Shown here piece by piece: positions 25,965-34,873 of a stretch of DNA of 64,000 nt. The position numbers and the translations under genes are program-made. Every line of letters starts with the position of its first letter. The first letter of the stretch is position 1. The notes under the pieces were generated by a model. The model saw only the letters and a program-made list of their open reading frames with translations, was not told the DNA's origin and did not search any database. Source of the stretch: a virus (taxonomy: Duplodnaviria > Caudoviricetes); IMG/VR virus record IMGVR_UViG_3300047440_000139, positions 624-64,623 of that record; one strand, given 5' to 3'.

Positions 25965-26468
25965 ATGGGAGCCGACATTCACATGGTGCTGGAGCGCCGC
26001 TGGACACCGAGCGAGGACGGCGTCCTCAACATCCATAAGACGACGCGGTGGGTGGGCGTCAACCCCTTCCCCTATGCGAAGGCCACCGTCTGGGGGCCGG
26101 ATAACAGGATCGAGGGCCACGTCAGCTGGCCGGTGAACCAGCGCAACTACGCCCTGTTCGCTGCGCTGGGCGGGGTGCGGGGTTCGGGGCCTGCGCCCAA
26201 GGGCGTGCCGATGGACGCGTCCGACTTGGCGCTGATGGAGATCGAGGCGTGGGGCGAGGACGGCCACAGCCACACATGGATGTTGCTCCCCGAGGCGCTG
26301 CCGCTGTTCGTCGAGCACCAGCAGTTGGGCAAGGCCGAGGAGGCGGTGCTTGCGGCGTTCAAGCACGGCACGGCGGCGGCGATCGAGGGCTACGCCGACT
26401 ACTTCTACCCGCTGCACGGCGACACCCAGCTGGACGAGTACCGGCTCATCATGTGGTTCGACAACTGA
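25965..26468 (+). CDS. Conserved phage hypothetical protein
   Basis: MGADIH...RNYALFAALGGVR..PKGVP.D.S...HSHTW...RLIMWFDN pattern. Confidence 0.8.
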   Translation: MGADIHMVLERRWTPSEDGVLNIHKTTRWVGVNPFPYAKATVWGPDNRIEGHVSWPVNQRNYALFAALGGVRGSGPAPKGVPMDASDLALMEIEAWGEDGHSHTWMLLPEALPLFVEHQQLGKAEEAVLAAFKHGTAAAIEGYADYFYPLHGDTQLDEYRLIMWFDN

Positions 26469-26749
26469 TGTTCTTCGTCACCCTGCACAAGCCCTACCGT
26501 GGGCAGGTCGACACCTTCCTGATCAGGGCCGACCTGATCCTTGAGGTGAGCACGCGTCGCCACACCAAGAAGGCCGCCGAGTACCACCCGGAGGAGACCG
26601 TCGAGCAAGGCGCGATCACCGGCTGCTGGATACTGGTCGACCGCATCGGCTGGTCGCCCTGCTGCGAGACGCCGGAGGAAGTCGAGCACGCCGTGGCCAC
26701 AGCCGAGGCCGCGCACCTGCGCCGCCTTGCCGAGGCCAGGGGCACATAG
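26468..26749 (+). CDS. Hypothetical protein
   Basis: TGATG coupling; ETPEEV motif. Confidence 0.65.
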   Translation: MFFVTLHKPYRGQVDTFLIRADLILEVSTRRHTKKAAEYHPEETVEQGAITGCWILVDRIGWSPCCETPEEVEHAVATAEAAHLRRLAEARGT

Positions 26750-26754
26750 GACAA

Positions 26755-26912
26755 TGCGTCATCCCGTGGGTGGGATGCGCCCGGGGCTTCGGTCCCGGCG
26801 GTAAGCGGTCAGAGCCGTAATCATCGGCCGCAGCTGGTCACTGTCGCCCTTCGCCCGTGCTTGCACGGTCAGACGGGGGGCCAGCCGCCCGGGGGGAGCG
26901 TCATCCCCCCAT
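26755..26912 (+). ncRNA. Putative structured RNA (RNA-3)
   Basis: Intergenic; CATCCC/GGGATG, CCGGGGC-UUCG-GTCCCGG, GCGGTC/GGCCGC, GCTGGTC/GGCCAGC enclosing CCGTGC/GCACGG, GGGGGGA/TCCCCCC. Confidence 0.55.
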
Positions 26913-26932
26913 CGTTTTCACCGGGGGCAGCC

Positions 26933-27193
26933 ATGACCGACACCATGATCCAGCACTACCTCGACCAGATGGAGGAGGAGGCCGACGACCGCATCCACCT
27001 CAAGGTCGGAGCGATGGACGAGGCTGCCGTGACCGCGTTCGCCCACCATGTGGACGGGGTGGCCACGCTCGCCGACCTGTGCGCCTACCGCGCCTGGATC
27101 GCGCGCCACCGGCTGGAGGGTGTGAGCGAGCACGAACTGCGCACGTCGGTTGCGGTGGCCGACGACATGGCCAAGAGCCTGGGTGTCGCGTGA
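26933..27193 (+). CDS. Hypothetical protein
   Basis: TLADLCAYRAWIARHRL motif. Confidence 0.65.
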   Translation: MTDTMIQHYLDQMEEEADDRIHLKVGAMDEAAVTAFAHHVDGVATLADLCAYRAWIARHRLEGVSEHELRTSVAVADDMAKSLGVA

Positions 27194-27420
27194 GCAGCAT
27201 CTCCCATCCCCCTCGGGGCCGTCCCTTCCCGCCCGAGCACATCGCTGCGCCCGCGACGCGCGCCGCGTTCGCCTTCGCGGCCGGGAAGGGGACCGTGGAG
27301 GACGTGGCCGCCTACCGGGCGTGGATCACATGGTGGCGACTGAGCGGCGACACCGATGAGAACCTGCAAGGGCCGATCCAACGTGCCAACATCTGGGCCG
27401 CCAAGCTGGGTGTGGAATGA
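27190..27420 (+). CDS. Hypothetical protein (paralog of previous ORF)
   Basis: TVEDVAAYRAWITWWRL; GTGA and ATGA overlaps. Confidence 0.65.
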   Translation: MSSISHPPRGRPFPPEHIAAPATRAAFAFAAGKGTVEDVAAYRAWITWWRLSGDTDENLQGPIQRANIWAAKLGVE

Positions 27421-29312
27421 TCAACCCCTACGACATCACCGCCTTCGACGTGGAGACCTGGGGCCGCGAGGAGCACTACGCCCTGCAGCCCTTCCGCATG
27501 CGCACCGGCCACGCGTGGCTGACGTGCTGCGCCATCGCCTCGTTCAAGAACGGCAGGCTGGTGGCCAGCAGCAACCGCCTGCCCACCGCGCCGCAGCTGG
27601 CCGCGTGGCTGGATACCGTGGCCGGGCGCTACGTGGTCTGCTGGAACGCGCCGTTCGACATCGCGTGGCTGCTGGTGCTCGACGAACTGCATCCCCGCCT
27701 GGGCATCCGGGACAAGGTGTTCGCGGTCAACTGGCTGGACGGCATGCTGCTGTACCGGCACGCCATCAACGCGCCGCGCTACAAGGAGGAGGGGCGCATG
27801 TCCCTCTCGCTCAAGGAGGCGGTGAAGGAGTTCTTCCCGAGCGAGGCCGGGTATCAGGAGGGCGTGGCCTTCAACCCCGAGAACGAAGTCCAGTGGGCGC
27901 AGCTGCGCTACTACAACAAGGACGACGCCAAGTTCACCCTGCGCATCACGGTGCTGCTGCTCCAGACCCTGCCCGCCAAGATCAAGCGCAACGCCTTCAT
28001 CGAGGCGCGCTGCCTGCCGCTGGTCGCCGACACCAAGGTCAGCGGCCTGCGCATCAACGCCGAGAAGGCCAGGGTCCTGAGCCATGACCTGGGCGAGAAG
28101 CGCGACAGCGCCCTGGTGCAGTTGGCGTTCAGCGAGGGCATGCTGGACTGGGAGAAGATCATCGCCTCGCCCAAGCAGCTGCGCGAACTGCTGTACGACC
28201 AATGGCTGCTGCCCATCCCGCACCTGACCGACACCGGCCAGCCCTCCACCGACAAGGAGGCGCTGGCTATCCTTGGCCTGCTCGATGACCGGGCCAACCT
28301 GATCTACGAGGTGCGCGAGAACACCACGCGCCGGACCAAGTTCGCCGAGGGCGCGCTGAACAGCATCGCCTACAACGGCGACGGCCACACGCGGCCGGAC
28401 TTCCGCACCTTCGGCACCTACACCGGGCGCGGCACCTACTCGTCCAAGCAGGGGCGCGGCAAGACCGAGGTGCCGACCGGCGTGGCCATCCACCAGTGGG
28501 TGAACGACGCCGACTACCGGGCGCTGATCGAGGTGGACGAGGACAGCGTGCTGATCGAGGCCGACTTCGCCGGGCAGGAGTACCGCTGGATGGCGGTCGA
28601 GAGCGACGACCCCACCATGCTGGAGATGTGTGCCCCAGGTGAGGACGCGCACTCGTTCATGGCCAGCCAGATCAGGCCCGAGCTCAGCTACGACTGGATC
28701 AGGGCGAACCGCGAGGAGGACCCGGTCGCCAAGAAGATCAGGAAGCTGGGCAAGGTGGGCAACCTGTCGTGCCAGTTCCGCACCGGCTGGCGCACGCTGA
28801 TGAAGGTGGCCGCCGTGCAGCATCAGGTGAAGCTGAGCCCTGCCGAGAGCGAGGACATCACCGCCACCTACAAGCGGACCTACCGCAAGGTGCCGCGCTA
28901 CTGGTCCCGGCAAATCCAGTTCGCCAAGCAGAACGGCTACGTCGAGACCATCGGTGGCAGGCGTGTCCAGCTTGGGGAGTTCCAGAACTGGGGCGAGCAG
29001 AAGTGGAACCACGAGAGCACGAGCATCAACTTCCCCATCCAGGGGGCGGGCGCGGACCAGAAGTACCTCGCCCTGCTGGTGGCCCGGAACTACCTGCCCC
29101 GCGTCGGCGGCCGCTTCCTGATGGAGTTGCACGATGGCATGTTCTTCCGGGTGCCGAAGGCTCAGGGAGAACGGGCCGCCCGCGATCTCAGGCACCTGCT
29201 CAGCAACCTGCCCTATCGCAAGGCGTGGGGGCTGGACTACGACCTGCCGGTGAAGTTCCCGGTCGACGTGAAACGAGGCCCCCACTGGGGCGCATTGAAG
29301 GAGTTGCACTAG
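27417..29312 (+). CDS. DNA polymerase family A with 3'-5' exonuclease domain
   Basis: Exo I FDVET, Exo II WNAPFD, Exo III YNKDD; TGRGT; motif A ADFAGQEYR; motif B RKLGKVGNL; NFPIQGAGAD; motif C LHDG. Confidence 0.93.
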   Translation: MINPYDITAFDVETWGREEHYALQPFRMRTGHAWLTCCAIASFKNGRLVASSNRLPTAPQLAAWLDTVAGRYVVCWNAPFDIAWLLVLDELHPRLGIRDKVFAVNWLDGMLLYRHAINAPRYKEEGRMSLSLKEAVKEFFPSEAGYQEGVAFNPENEVQWAQLRYYNKDDAKFTLRITVLLLQTLPAKIKRNAFIEARCLPLVADTKVSGLRINAEKARVLSHDLGEKRDSALVQLAFSEGMLDWEKIIASPKQLRELLYDQWLLPIPHLTDTGQPSTDKEALAILGLLDDRANLIYEVRENTTRRTKFAEGALNSIAYNGDGHTRPDFRTFGTYTGRGTYSSKQGRGKTEVPTGVAIHQWVNDADYRALIEVDEDSVLIEADFAGQEYRWMAVESDDPTMLEMCAPGEDAHSFMASQIRPELSYDWIRANREEDPVAKKIRKLGKVGNLSCQFRTGWRTLMKVAAVQHQVKLSPAESEDITATYKRTYRKVPRYWSRQIQFAKQNGYVETIGGRRVQLGEFQNWGEQKWNHESTSINFPIQGAGADQKYLALLVARNYLPRVGGRFLMELHDGMFFRVPKAQGERAARDLRHLLSNLPYRKAWGLDYDLPVKFPVDVKRGPHWGALKELH

Positions 29313-29313
29313 G

Positions 29314-29496
29314 ATGGTGACGTTGATCACGAGGCCCCGGCCCATGCCTGTTTTCCAGGGCGCGACGGGTGCGGAGCGCACGGCCAAGCGGCTGGCGTGG
29401 CAGGCCAAGGAGCGGGGCGATCCGCCGCCGACCAAGGAGACCCGGCAGAACTACCGCGCCGCCCTGCGCAAGGCCCTCAAGGGGATGAAGCGTTGA
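29314..29496 (+). CDS. Small basic hypothetical protein
   Basis: 60 aa; AAGGAG upstream; ETRQNYRA. Confidence 0.55.
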   Translation: MVTLITRPRPMPVFQGATGAERTAKRLAWQAKERGDPPPTKETRQNYRAALRKALKGMKR

Positions 29497-29978
29497 CCGT
29501 CATCGCCTACGACGGGCTGTACGTCGCCGCCGACCGCATGATCTCCAACGACAGCGGGCTGCATGGGATCAGCCGCAAGCTGGACGTCTGGGAAAAGCAG
29601 GTGCTGGTCAGCACCGGCGCGGCCGACCACGGCGAAGCCCTGGCCATCTGGTTCAAGGACGGCAAGAACCCCGCCGCCTTCCCGCACGCGGTGGCCGACG
29701 GGTCTGGCAAGAACGCCTACCTCTACGTGTTCCAGAAGGGCATGCCGGTCATGTGCTTCCAGACGTGGCCCGCGCCGATCCTGTTCCCGATGACCGAGTT
29801 CGCCGCCGGGTGCGGGGGCGATATCGCCCGCACCGCCATGCACCTGGGGCGCGACGCGCGGGAGGCGGCCAAGGTCGCCTGCGAACTGAACGTCTACTGC
29901 GGCAACGGTGTCGACTACGTGGACCTGAGCGAGCTCGCGACGACCGGGACGGCTGTCGTGCGTTCATACCCAAGCTGA
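29493..29978 (+). CDS. HslV/proteasome-like Ntn-hydrolase
   Basis: N-terminal (M)TVIAYDG..AAD, K, AAGCGGDIA..AM..G..A.EA...AC.L.VYCG. Confidence 0.75.
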   Translation: MTVIAYDGLYVAADRMISNDSGLHGISRKLDVWEKQVLVSTGAADHGEALAIWFKDGKNPAAFPHAVADGSGKNAYLYVFQKGMPVMCFQTWPAPILFPMTEFAAGCGGDIARTAMHLGRDAREAAKVACELNVYCGNGVDYVDLSELATTGTAVVRSYPS

Positions 29979-29993
29979 TGTATAACCGTAACC

Positions 29994-30533
29994 ATGAACA
30001 AGGAGACCACGCCCGTGGCCAGTGATCGCGTGACCGAAGCGGTCAACTACCTGATCGACGCCCCCGACTACAGCGCGAGGGCGCAGGAGATGACGCGCTC
30101 CATCGAGACCCCCAAGGACAGGGTCGACTACACCGGCAGCCTCGCCTGCCTGAACGCCTTGCTCGACCTGGGCGTGGCTAACCGCGACGCATTCGAGCGT
30201 ATCCTCAAGCTCATCGAGGGGAAGCGCAGGGAGAACCCGAGCGTGGCGAAGCGGGACTACCAGCGCGACATCATGCGCGACCGGCGCAAGCGCATGGCCA
30301 AGGCCCTGCTCCTGCACGAGGCCCGCCAGGGTCCGTTGAAGGGCGACACGAGGGCCACGGAGATGGCCGCAATTCGGGCGCGCTGGGACCGGGCCAAGGC
30401 CGAGTACCTCGTGAAGGAGGAGACCGCGAGCGGCACCGATCGGCTGGAAGCCATCCGCAATTTCTGGGCTATGGTCGACCGCCAGCTGGACGCCAATATC
30501 GCGAACCTGCACAAGACGTCAGCTGTGGCATAG
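29994..30533 (+). CDS. Hypothetical protein
   Basis: 179-aa helical ORF, KRDYQRDIMRDRRKR. Confidence 0.75.
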   Translation: MNKETTPVASDRVTEAVNYLIDAPDYSARAQEMTRSIETPKDRVDYTGSLACLNALLDLGVANRDAFERILKLIEGKRRENPSVAKRDYQRDIMRDRRKRMAKALLLHEARQGPLKGDTRATEMAAIRARWDRAKAEYLVKEETASGTDRLEAIRNFWAMVDRQLDANIANLHKTSAVA

Positions 30534-30544
30534 GGGGAGTTATC

Positions 30545-30712
30545 ATGGCCGTCTGGGTCCTCATCTTCTACATCTCCGGCGGACCGCTGGTGATCGACAA
30601 CATCCGCACGCAGCCCGCCTGCGAGGCGGCGGCGGCCACCATCATCGCCGACGTCTTCGCGCTGAACGGCACCCTGCCGCCGCACCGCTGCATCTCGGTG
30701 CTCAAGCGGTGA
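30545..30712 (+). CDS. Small hypothetical protein (55 aa)
   Basis: GGGGAG RBS; MAVWVLIFYISGGPLVIDNIRTQPACEAAA...C. Confidence 0.6.
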   Translation: MAVWVLIFYISGGPLVIDNIRTQPACEAAAATIIADVFALNGTLPPHRCISVLKR

Positions 30713-30714
30713 TC

Positions 30715-30891
30715 ATGGTGCCCTCCGACGAGGAGCTTGCCGTCACCATGCGGCGAGCCTTCAACGATCACATCGAGCCGGGGTCCACCCTGATCCCGTG
30801 GGAGTTCGCGGCCGACGACCGCAAGCAGGCGTGGCTGGTTTGCGCCCGCGCCGCCCTGTCCCTCATCTTCTGCATGGAGCCACCTCGATGA
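30715..30891 (+). CDS. Small hypothetical protein
   Basis: PWE....RKQAWLVCARAAL; ATGA overlap with the next gene. Confidence 0.55.
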   Translation: MVPSDEELAVTMRRAFNDHIEPGSTLIPWEFAADDRKQAWLVCARAALSLIFCMEPPR

Positions 30892-31562
30892 TCGCTTGGT
30901 CCCACTCCGTGCTGGAGAGCTTCGAGACCTGTCCCTGGCGGCACAACCTCACCAAGGTCACCAAGGAGGTGGTCGACCCACCGGGCACGGAGATGCACCG
31001 TGGCCGCGCCGTCCACAAGTCGATGGAGAACCGGGTCAAGAACCACACGCCCCTGCCCCCGGAGCTCAAGAAGCACGAGCCCCTGGTCAAGCGGCTGGAG
31101 ACGCTGGCCGTCGGCGGCAAGATCGAGGCCGAGACCCAGATGGCCCTCGACCAGAACTACCGGACCACGACGTGGTTCTCCAAGCAGACCTGGGTGCGAG
31201 CGGTCACGGACGTATCTGTCTTCAAGGGTACGAAGGCGTTCGTGGGGGACTGGAAGACAGGCAAGCGCAAGGAGGCCAGCAGTCAGCTGAAACTCTCGGC
31301 GGCTGTCCTGTTCTCGGTTCACCCCTGGCTGGAAGAAATCAGGAACAGCTTCATCTGGCTCGACGAACCGAACCCGGCGATGCGCCTGACGCCCCTGACC
31401 TACCACCGCGAGGAGCTTCCGGCCATGTGGCGGGAGTTCCTCCCCCGGGTGGCGCGGCTGGAGGCGGCGCACGCCAACAACCAGTGGCCGAAGCGGCCGT
31501 CTGGTCTCTGCAAACGTCATTGCCCGGTGCCCCGGGCGAAGTGCGAACACTCAGGAGCTTAA
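30888..31562 (+). CDS. PD-(D/E)XK (Cas4/RecB-like) exonuclease
   Basis: WSHS.L..F..CP, G...H..E, D...DWKTGK, QL, C..CP...C. Confidence 0.85.
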   Translation: MIAWSHSVLESFETCPWRHNLTKVTKEVVDPPGTEMHRGRAVHKSMENRVKNHTPLPPELKKHEPLVKRLETLAVGGKIEAETQMALDQNYRTTTWFSKQTWVRAVTDVSVFKGTKAFVGDWKTGKRKEASSQLKLSAAVLFSVHPWLEEIRNSFIWLDEPNPAMRLTPLTYHREELPAMWREFLPRVARLEAAHANNQWPKRPSGLCKRHCPVPRAKCEHSGA

Positions 31563-31564
31563 CC

Positions 31565-32173
31565 TTGCACGTCATGATCGACCTTGAGACGCTGGGCCTC
31601 GACCCGGTGAAGGCCCCCATCATCCAGATCGCGGCCGAGCCCTTCCGCCTGCATCAGGATGGCCCGGCCACCGACGCCCAGCCATTCCAGACCTTCGTCA
31701 CGGCGGGCTCCTGCGTGCGGCCGCCGTTCAACCGCAGCATCGAGCCCAGCACGGTGGCGTGGTGGGCCAGGACCGATGCTGCCCTGCTGGCCGAGATCAT
31801 GGAGGGCCGGGGCCTGAGCCTGTCGTCGGCGCTGGCCGGGCTGACCGTGTGGATGGGCGGCCTGCCCGAGATCATCGACGGGGTGTGGGCCAACGGGGCC
31901 ACCTTCGACATCACCATGCTGGAGATGGCCTACCAGCAGGAGGGCATGCGGGTGCCGTGGCACTTCCGCGTGATCCGCGACGTGCGCACCATGGCCATGA
32001 TCGCGGGCGACGACGACCTGTGCTGGAGCGGCGGCACCAAGACGGACATCGAGCGCGAGGGCAAGGCGCACAACGCCACGGTCGACTGCCTGCGGCAGCT
32101 GCGCATGGTGCAGCAGACGTGGCAGCGGCGGGTCCTGCACGACGCGCCCGAGACCACGGCGGTGGTGGCCTGA
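31565..32173 (+). CDS. DEDDh 3'-5' exonuclease (phage RNase T-like)
   Basis: HVMIDLETLG, WANGATFD, PW....RDVRT, HNATVDC. Confidence 0.88.
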   Translation: MHVMIDLETLGLDPVKAPIIQIAAEPFRLHQDGPATDAQPFQTFVTAGSCVRPPFNRSIEPSTVAWWARTDAALLAEIMEGRGLSLSSALAGLTVWMGGLPEIIDGVWANGATFDITMLEMAYQQEGMRVPWHFRVIRDVRTMAMIAGDDDLCWSGGTKTDIEREGKAHNATVDCLRQLRMVQQTWQRRVLHDAPETTAVVA

Positions 32174-32307
32174 TGGGCGAGGTGACCGAGATGATCTTGG
32201 ACGGCCTGCTCTGCGAGCGGTGCGGGACCGTGGTCGACGGCCAGGAGGCGGGCTTCCCGCGCCTGTGCGAGGACTGCGAGAAGGAGCCCGACGATGAAGA
32301 CGCCTGA
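32173..32307 (+). CDS. 44-aa zinc-finger peptide
   Basis: MGEVTEMILDGLLCERCG...GFPRLCEDC. Confidence 0.65.
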   Translation: MGEVTEMILDGLLCERCGTVVDGQEAGFPRLCEDCEKEPDDEDA

Positions 32308-32629
32308 GGCCCGGGTGAAGGACGAGATCAAGGCGTGGCTGCGGGCGCAGGCCAACTGCTGGTTCTTCATGCCCGCCGCCCACGGCTACGGGGTGAACGG
32401 CATCCCCGACATCGTGGGCTGCTACCGGGGGACGTGCTTCGCCGTCGAGGTGAAGGCCCCCGGCAAGCTCAAGCAGGTGACGCCTCTCCAGCAGATGCAG
32501 ATCAACGAGATCAACAACGCCCACGGCTGGGCCTGCGCGGCGGACGGGCTGCCGCGCGTGGTCGAGATGTTCCGCCTGATCGACATCTCGCTGGGCTACC
32601 CCGTCGCGCCGAAGGAGGCCAGGGCATGA
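32294..32629 (+). CDS. VRR-NUC domain nuclease
   Basis: TPE..VK, GIPDI, AVEVKAPG, T.LQ. Confidence 0.88.
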   Translation: MKTPEARVKDEIKAWLRAQANCWFFMPAAHGYGVNGIPDIVGCYRGTCFAVEVKAPGKLKQVTPLQQMQINEINNAHGWACAADGLPRVVEMFRLIDISLGYPVAPKEARA

Positions 32630-32808
32630 AGACCACCGACCTGATGGTAACGCGTGGCCGGGATCAGGGCAGCGTCGTCGTGGTCAACTTCTTCCGGCTG
32701 GGCACGGGGTTCTTCCCCTGCCTGATCGCCAAGAAGGTGGCCCGCAACGACGACTACCTGCGGTCCATCGTCAGCTTCATGCAGAACAAGGTGCCCGTCG
32801 TCAGATGA
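32626..32808 (+). CDS. Hypothetical protein
   Basis: ATGA overlaps at both ends, AAGGAGG RBS. Confidence 0.6.
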   Translation: MKTTDLMVTRGRDQGSVVVVNFFRLGTGFFPCLIAKKVARNDDYLRSIVSFMQNKVPVVR

Positions 32809-34406
32809 TCGTCTCCACCAACAAGCGCGCCATCGTGCTGAACCTGCGCAACCCGGGGCGGGTGACCCACGTCATCCCCTCGGCCCGCAGGTTCCTGTTC
32901 CGTGGCCGCGAACTGGTGGCCGTGCCGCACCGGCTGGACGAGGTGCGGGTGCTGCGGAACCTGGGCATCACCGCGCCCTCGCCGATCCTGCACCACTACC
33001 GCTGGCCCGGCCGCCACGACCCCTTCTACGCCCAGCGGATGACCGGCCAGTTCCTGACGCTGCACAACCGCTGCTTCGTGTTCAACGACATGGGCACCGG
33101 CAAGACGCTGGCCGCGCTGTGGGCGTTCGACTACCTGCGCAAGCTAAAGCGCGTGCGCAAGATGCTGGTGATCGCCCCGCTCTCCACGCTGGAGCGGACC
33201 TGGGCCGACGAGGTGTTCGAGAACTTCCCCTCCCTGCGGGTGGCGATCGTGCATGGGGACAAGGCGCGGCGGCTCAAGCTGCTGGCCGACGACGGCTACG
33301 ACATCTACGTCATCAACCATCACGGCATCGGCGTGGTGGAGGAGGCGCTCAAGGCCAAGCGGTTCGACGTGGTGGTCGTCGACGAGGGGGCCATCTTCCG
33401 CAACAGCCAGACCAAGCTGTGGAAAACGCTCGACCGTGTTGTGCGTGGAATTGGGCGTATCTGGTGGATGACCGGCACGCCGACGCCCAACGCGCCGACC
33501 GACATCTGGGCTCAGTGCCGCATCGTCTGCCCGGAACGCGTGCCCAAGTTCTTCGGCAAGTTCCGCGACATGGTGATGAAGGCGCAGGGTCCGTTCCGCT
33601 GGCTGCCCCGGAGCAACGCCACCGAGACCGTGGTCGACGCCGCCCAGCCCGCCATCCGCTTCACGCGGGACGAGTGCGTGGACCTGCCGCCGACCATGTA
33701 CGTCACCCGCGAGGTGCCGATGACGCCGGAGCAGACCACCGCCTACCGGCAGATGATCGCCCAGCTGCACATGGAGTACCAGGGCGGGCAGGTCACGGCG
33801 GTGAACGAGGCGGTGAAGATGAGCAAGCTCATCCAGATCGCCTGCGGCGTGGTCTACGGCAAGGGTGGCCAGGAGATCGTGCTGCCCAACGCGCCGCGCG
33901 TGAACGAGGTGCTGCGCATCATCGAGGAGGCGCACACCAAGACCATCGTGTTCGTCCCCTATAAGGCGGTGCTGCGCTACGTGGCCGAGGAGTTGAGCAA
34001 GGCGCTCGACCCGGTCGGCACGGTCAACGCCGCGCTGACCCGGGCGTCGTGGACCAGCCCGCGCATCGGCATGATCAGCGGCGACGTGTCGGCCAACGAG
34101 CGGGCGCGCATCTTCTCGGCGTTCCAGAAGGGGGAGATCGAGGTGCTGGTCGCGCAGCCCGACGCCATGTCTCATGGGTTGACGCTGACGGCGGCCAACA
34201 CCATCGTCTGGTACGGCCCGACGCTGCGCAACGAGACCTACCAACAGGCCAACGCGCGCATCATCAGGCCGGGTCAGAAGCACAGCCAGTTCATCATCAA
34301 CATCGAGAGCTCGGCGGTGGAGCGCGGGGCGTTCAAGCGCCTGAACAACCGCCAGAAGATGCAGGGGCTGTTCCTCGAAACCGTACAAGCGGAGACGGGC
34401 GTGTAG
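32805..34406 (+). CDS. SNF2-family DNA helicase
   Basis: DMGTGKT, VVVDEG, MTGTP, HGLTLT, QANARIIRPGQ. Confidence 0.92.
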   Translation: MIVSTNKRAIVLNLRNPGRVTHVIPSARRFLFRGRELVAVPHRLDEVRVLRNLGITAPSPILHHYRWPGRHDPFYAQRMTGQFLTLHNRCFVFNDMGTGKTLAALWAFDYLRKLKRVRKMLVIAPLSTLERTWADEVFENFPSLRVAIVHGDKARRLKLLADDGYDIYVINHHGIGVVEEALKAKRFDVVVVDEGAIFRNSQTKLWKTLDRVVRGIGRIWWMTGTPTPNAPTDIWAQCRIVCPERVPKFFGKFRDMVMKAQGPFRWLPRSNATETVVDAAQPAIRFTRDECVDLPPTMYVTREVPMTPEQTTAYRQMIAQLHMEYQGGQVTAVNEAVKMSKLIQIACGVVYGKGGQEIVLPNAPRVNEVLRIIEEAHTKTIVFVPYKAVLRYVAEELSKALDPVGTVNAALTRASWTSPRIGMISGDVSANERARIFSAFQKGEIEVLVAQPDAMSHGLTLTAANTIVWYGPTLRNETYQQANARIIRPGQKHSQFIINIESSAVERGAFKRLNNRQKMQGLFLETVQAETGV

Positions 34407-34407
34407 C

Positions 34408-34449
34408 TTGACTTGCCTCCCGGAATATCGTATACTAATAGACAGTTGG
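34408..34449 (+). promoter_or_regulatory. Sigma70-type promoter P3
   Basis: TTGACT-17 nt-TATACT then ACAGTT. Confidence 0.85.
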
Positions 34450-34471
34450 AACTGAACAGAAGGACCTACCC

Positions 34472-34864
34472 ATGGCAGCCGTGAACATCACCAATCTGGT
34501 GACCCAATACATCGCCGCCCGCGACCTAAAGTCCAAGCTCGACGCGGCGCACAAGACCAAGCTCGAACCGCTGGTCGCCGCGATGGACAAGACCGAGGCG
34601 GCGATCCTCGACTTCTTCAACAAGCACGGCATGGACAGCGCCAAGTGCGACGCTGGCACCGCGTACAAGGCCAGCCGCACCTCGGCCACGGTCAACGACA
34701 TGGACGCCTTCCTCGGCTTCGTGAAGGAGAACGAGGCGTGGCACATGCTGGAGCGTCGCGTCGCCAAGACGTCGATCGACGAGTACGTGACCGAGCACAA
34801 GGACCTGCCCCCGGGCATCAGCTACACCAAGATGGCGGCCATCAACGTCCGCCGCGCGTCGTAA
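34472..34864 (+). CDS. Conserved phage hypothetical protein (replication module)
   Basis: AAGGA RBS; coiled coil, GTAY, LERRV, PPG. Confidence 0.75.
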   Translation: MAAVNITNLVTQYIAARDLKSKLDAAHKTKLEPLVAAMDKTEAAILDFFNKHGMDSAKCDAGTAYKASRTSATVNDMDAFLGFVKENEAWHMLERRVAKTSIDEYVTEHKDLPPGISYTKMAAINVRRAS

Positions 34865-34873
34865 GGAGACCGC

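Noticed and set aside
30888-31562. Cas4 as evidence of CRISPR-Cas
   Set aside because: Stand-alone Cas4-like PD-(D/E)XK nucleases are ordinary phage replication genes
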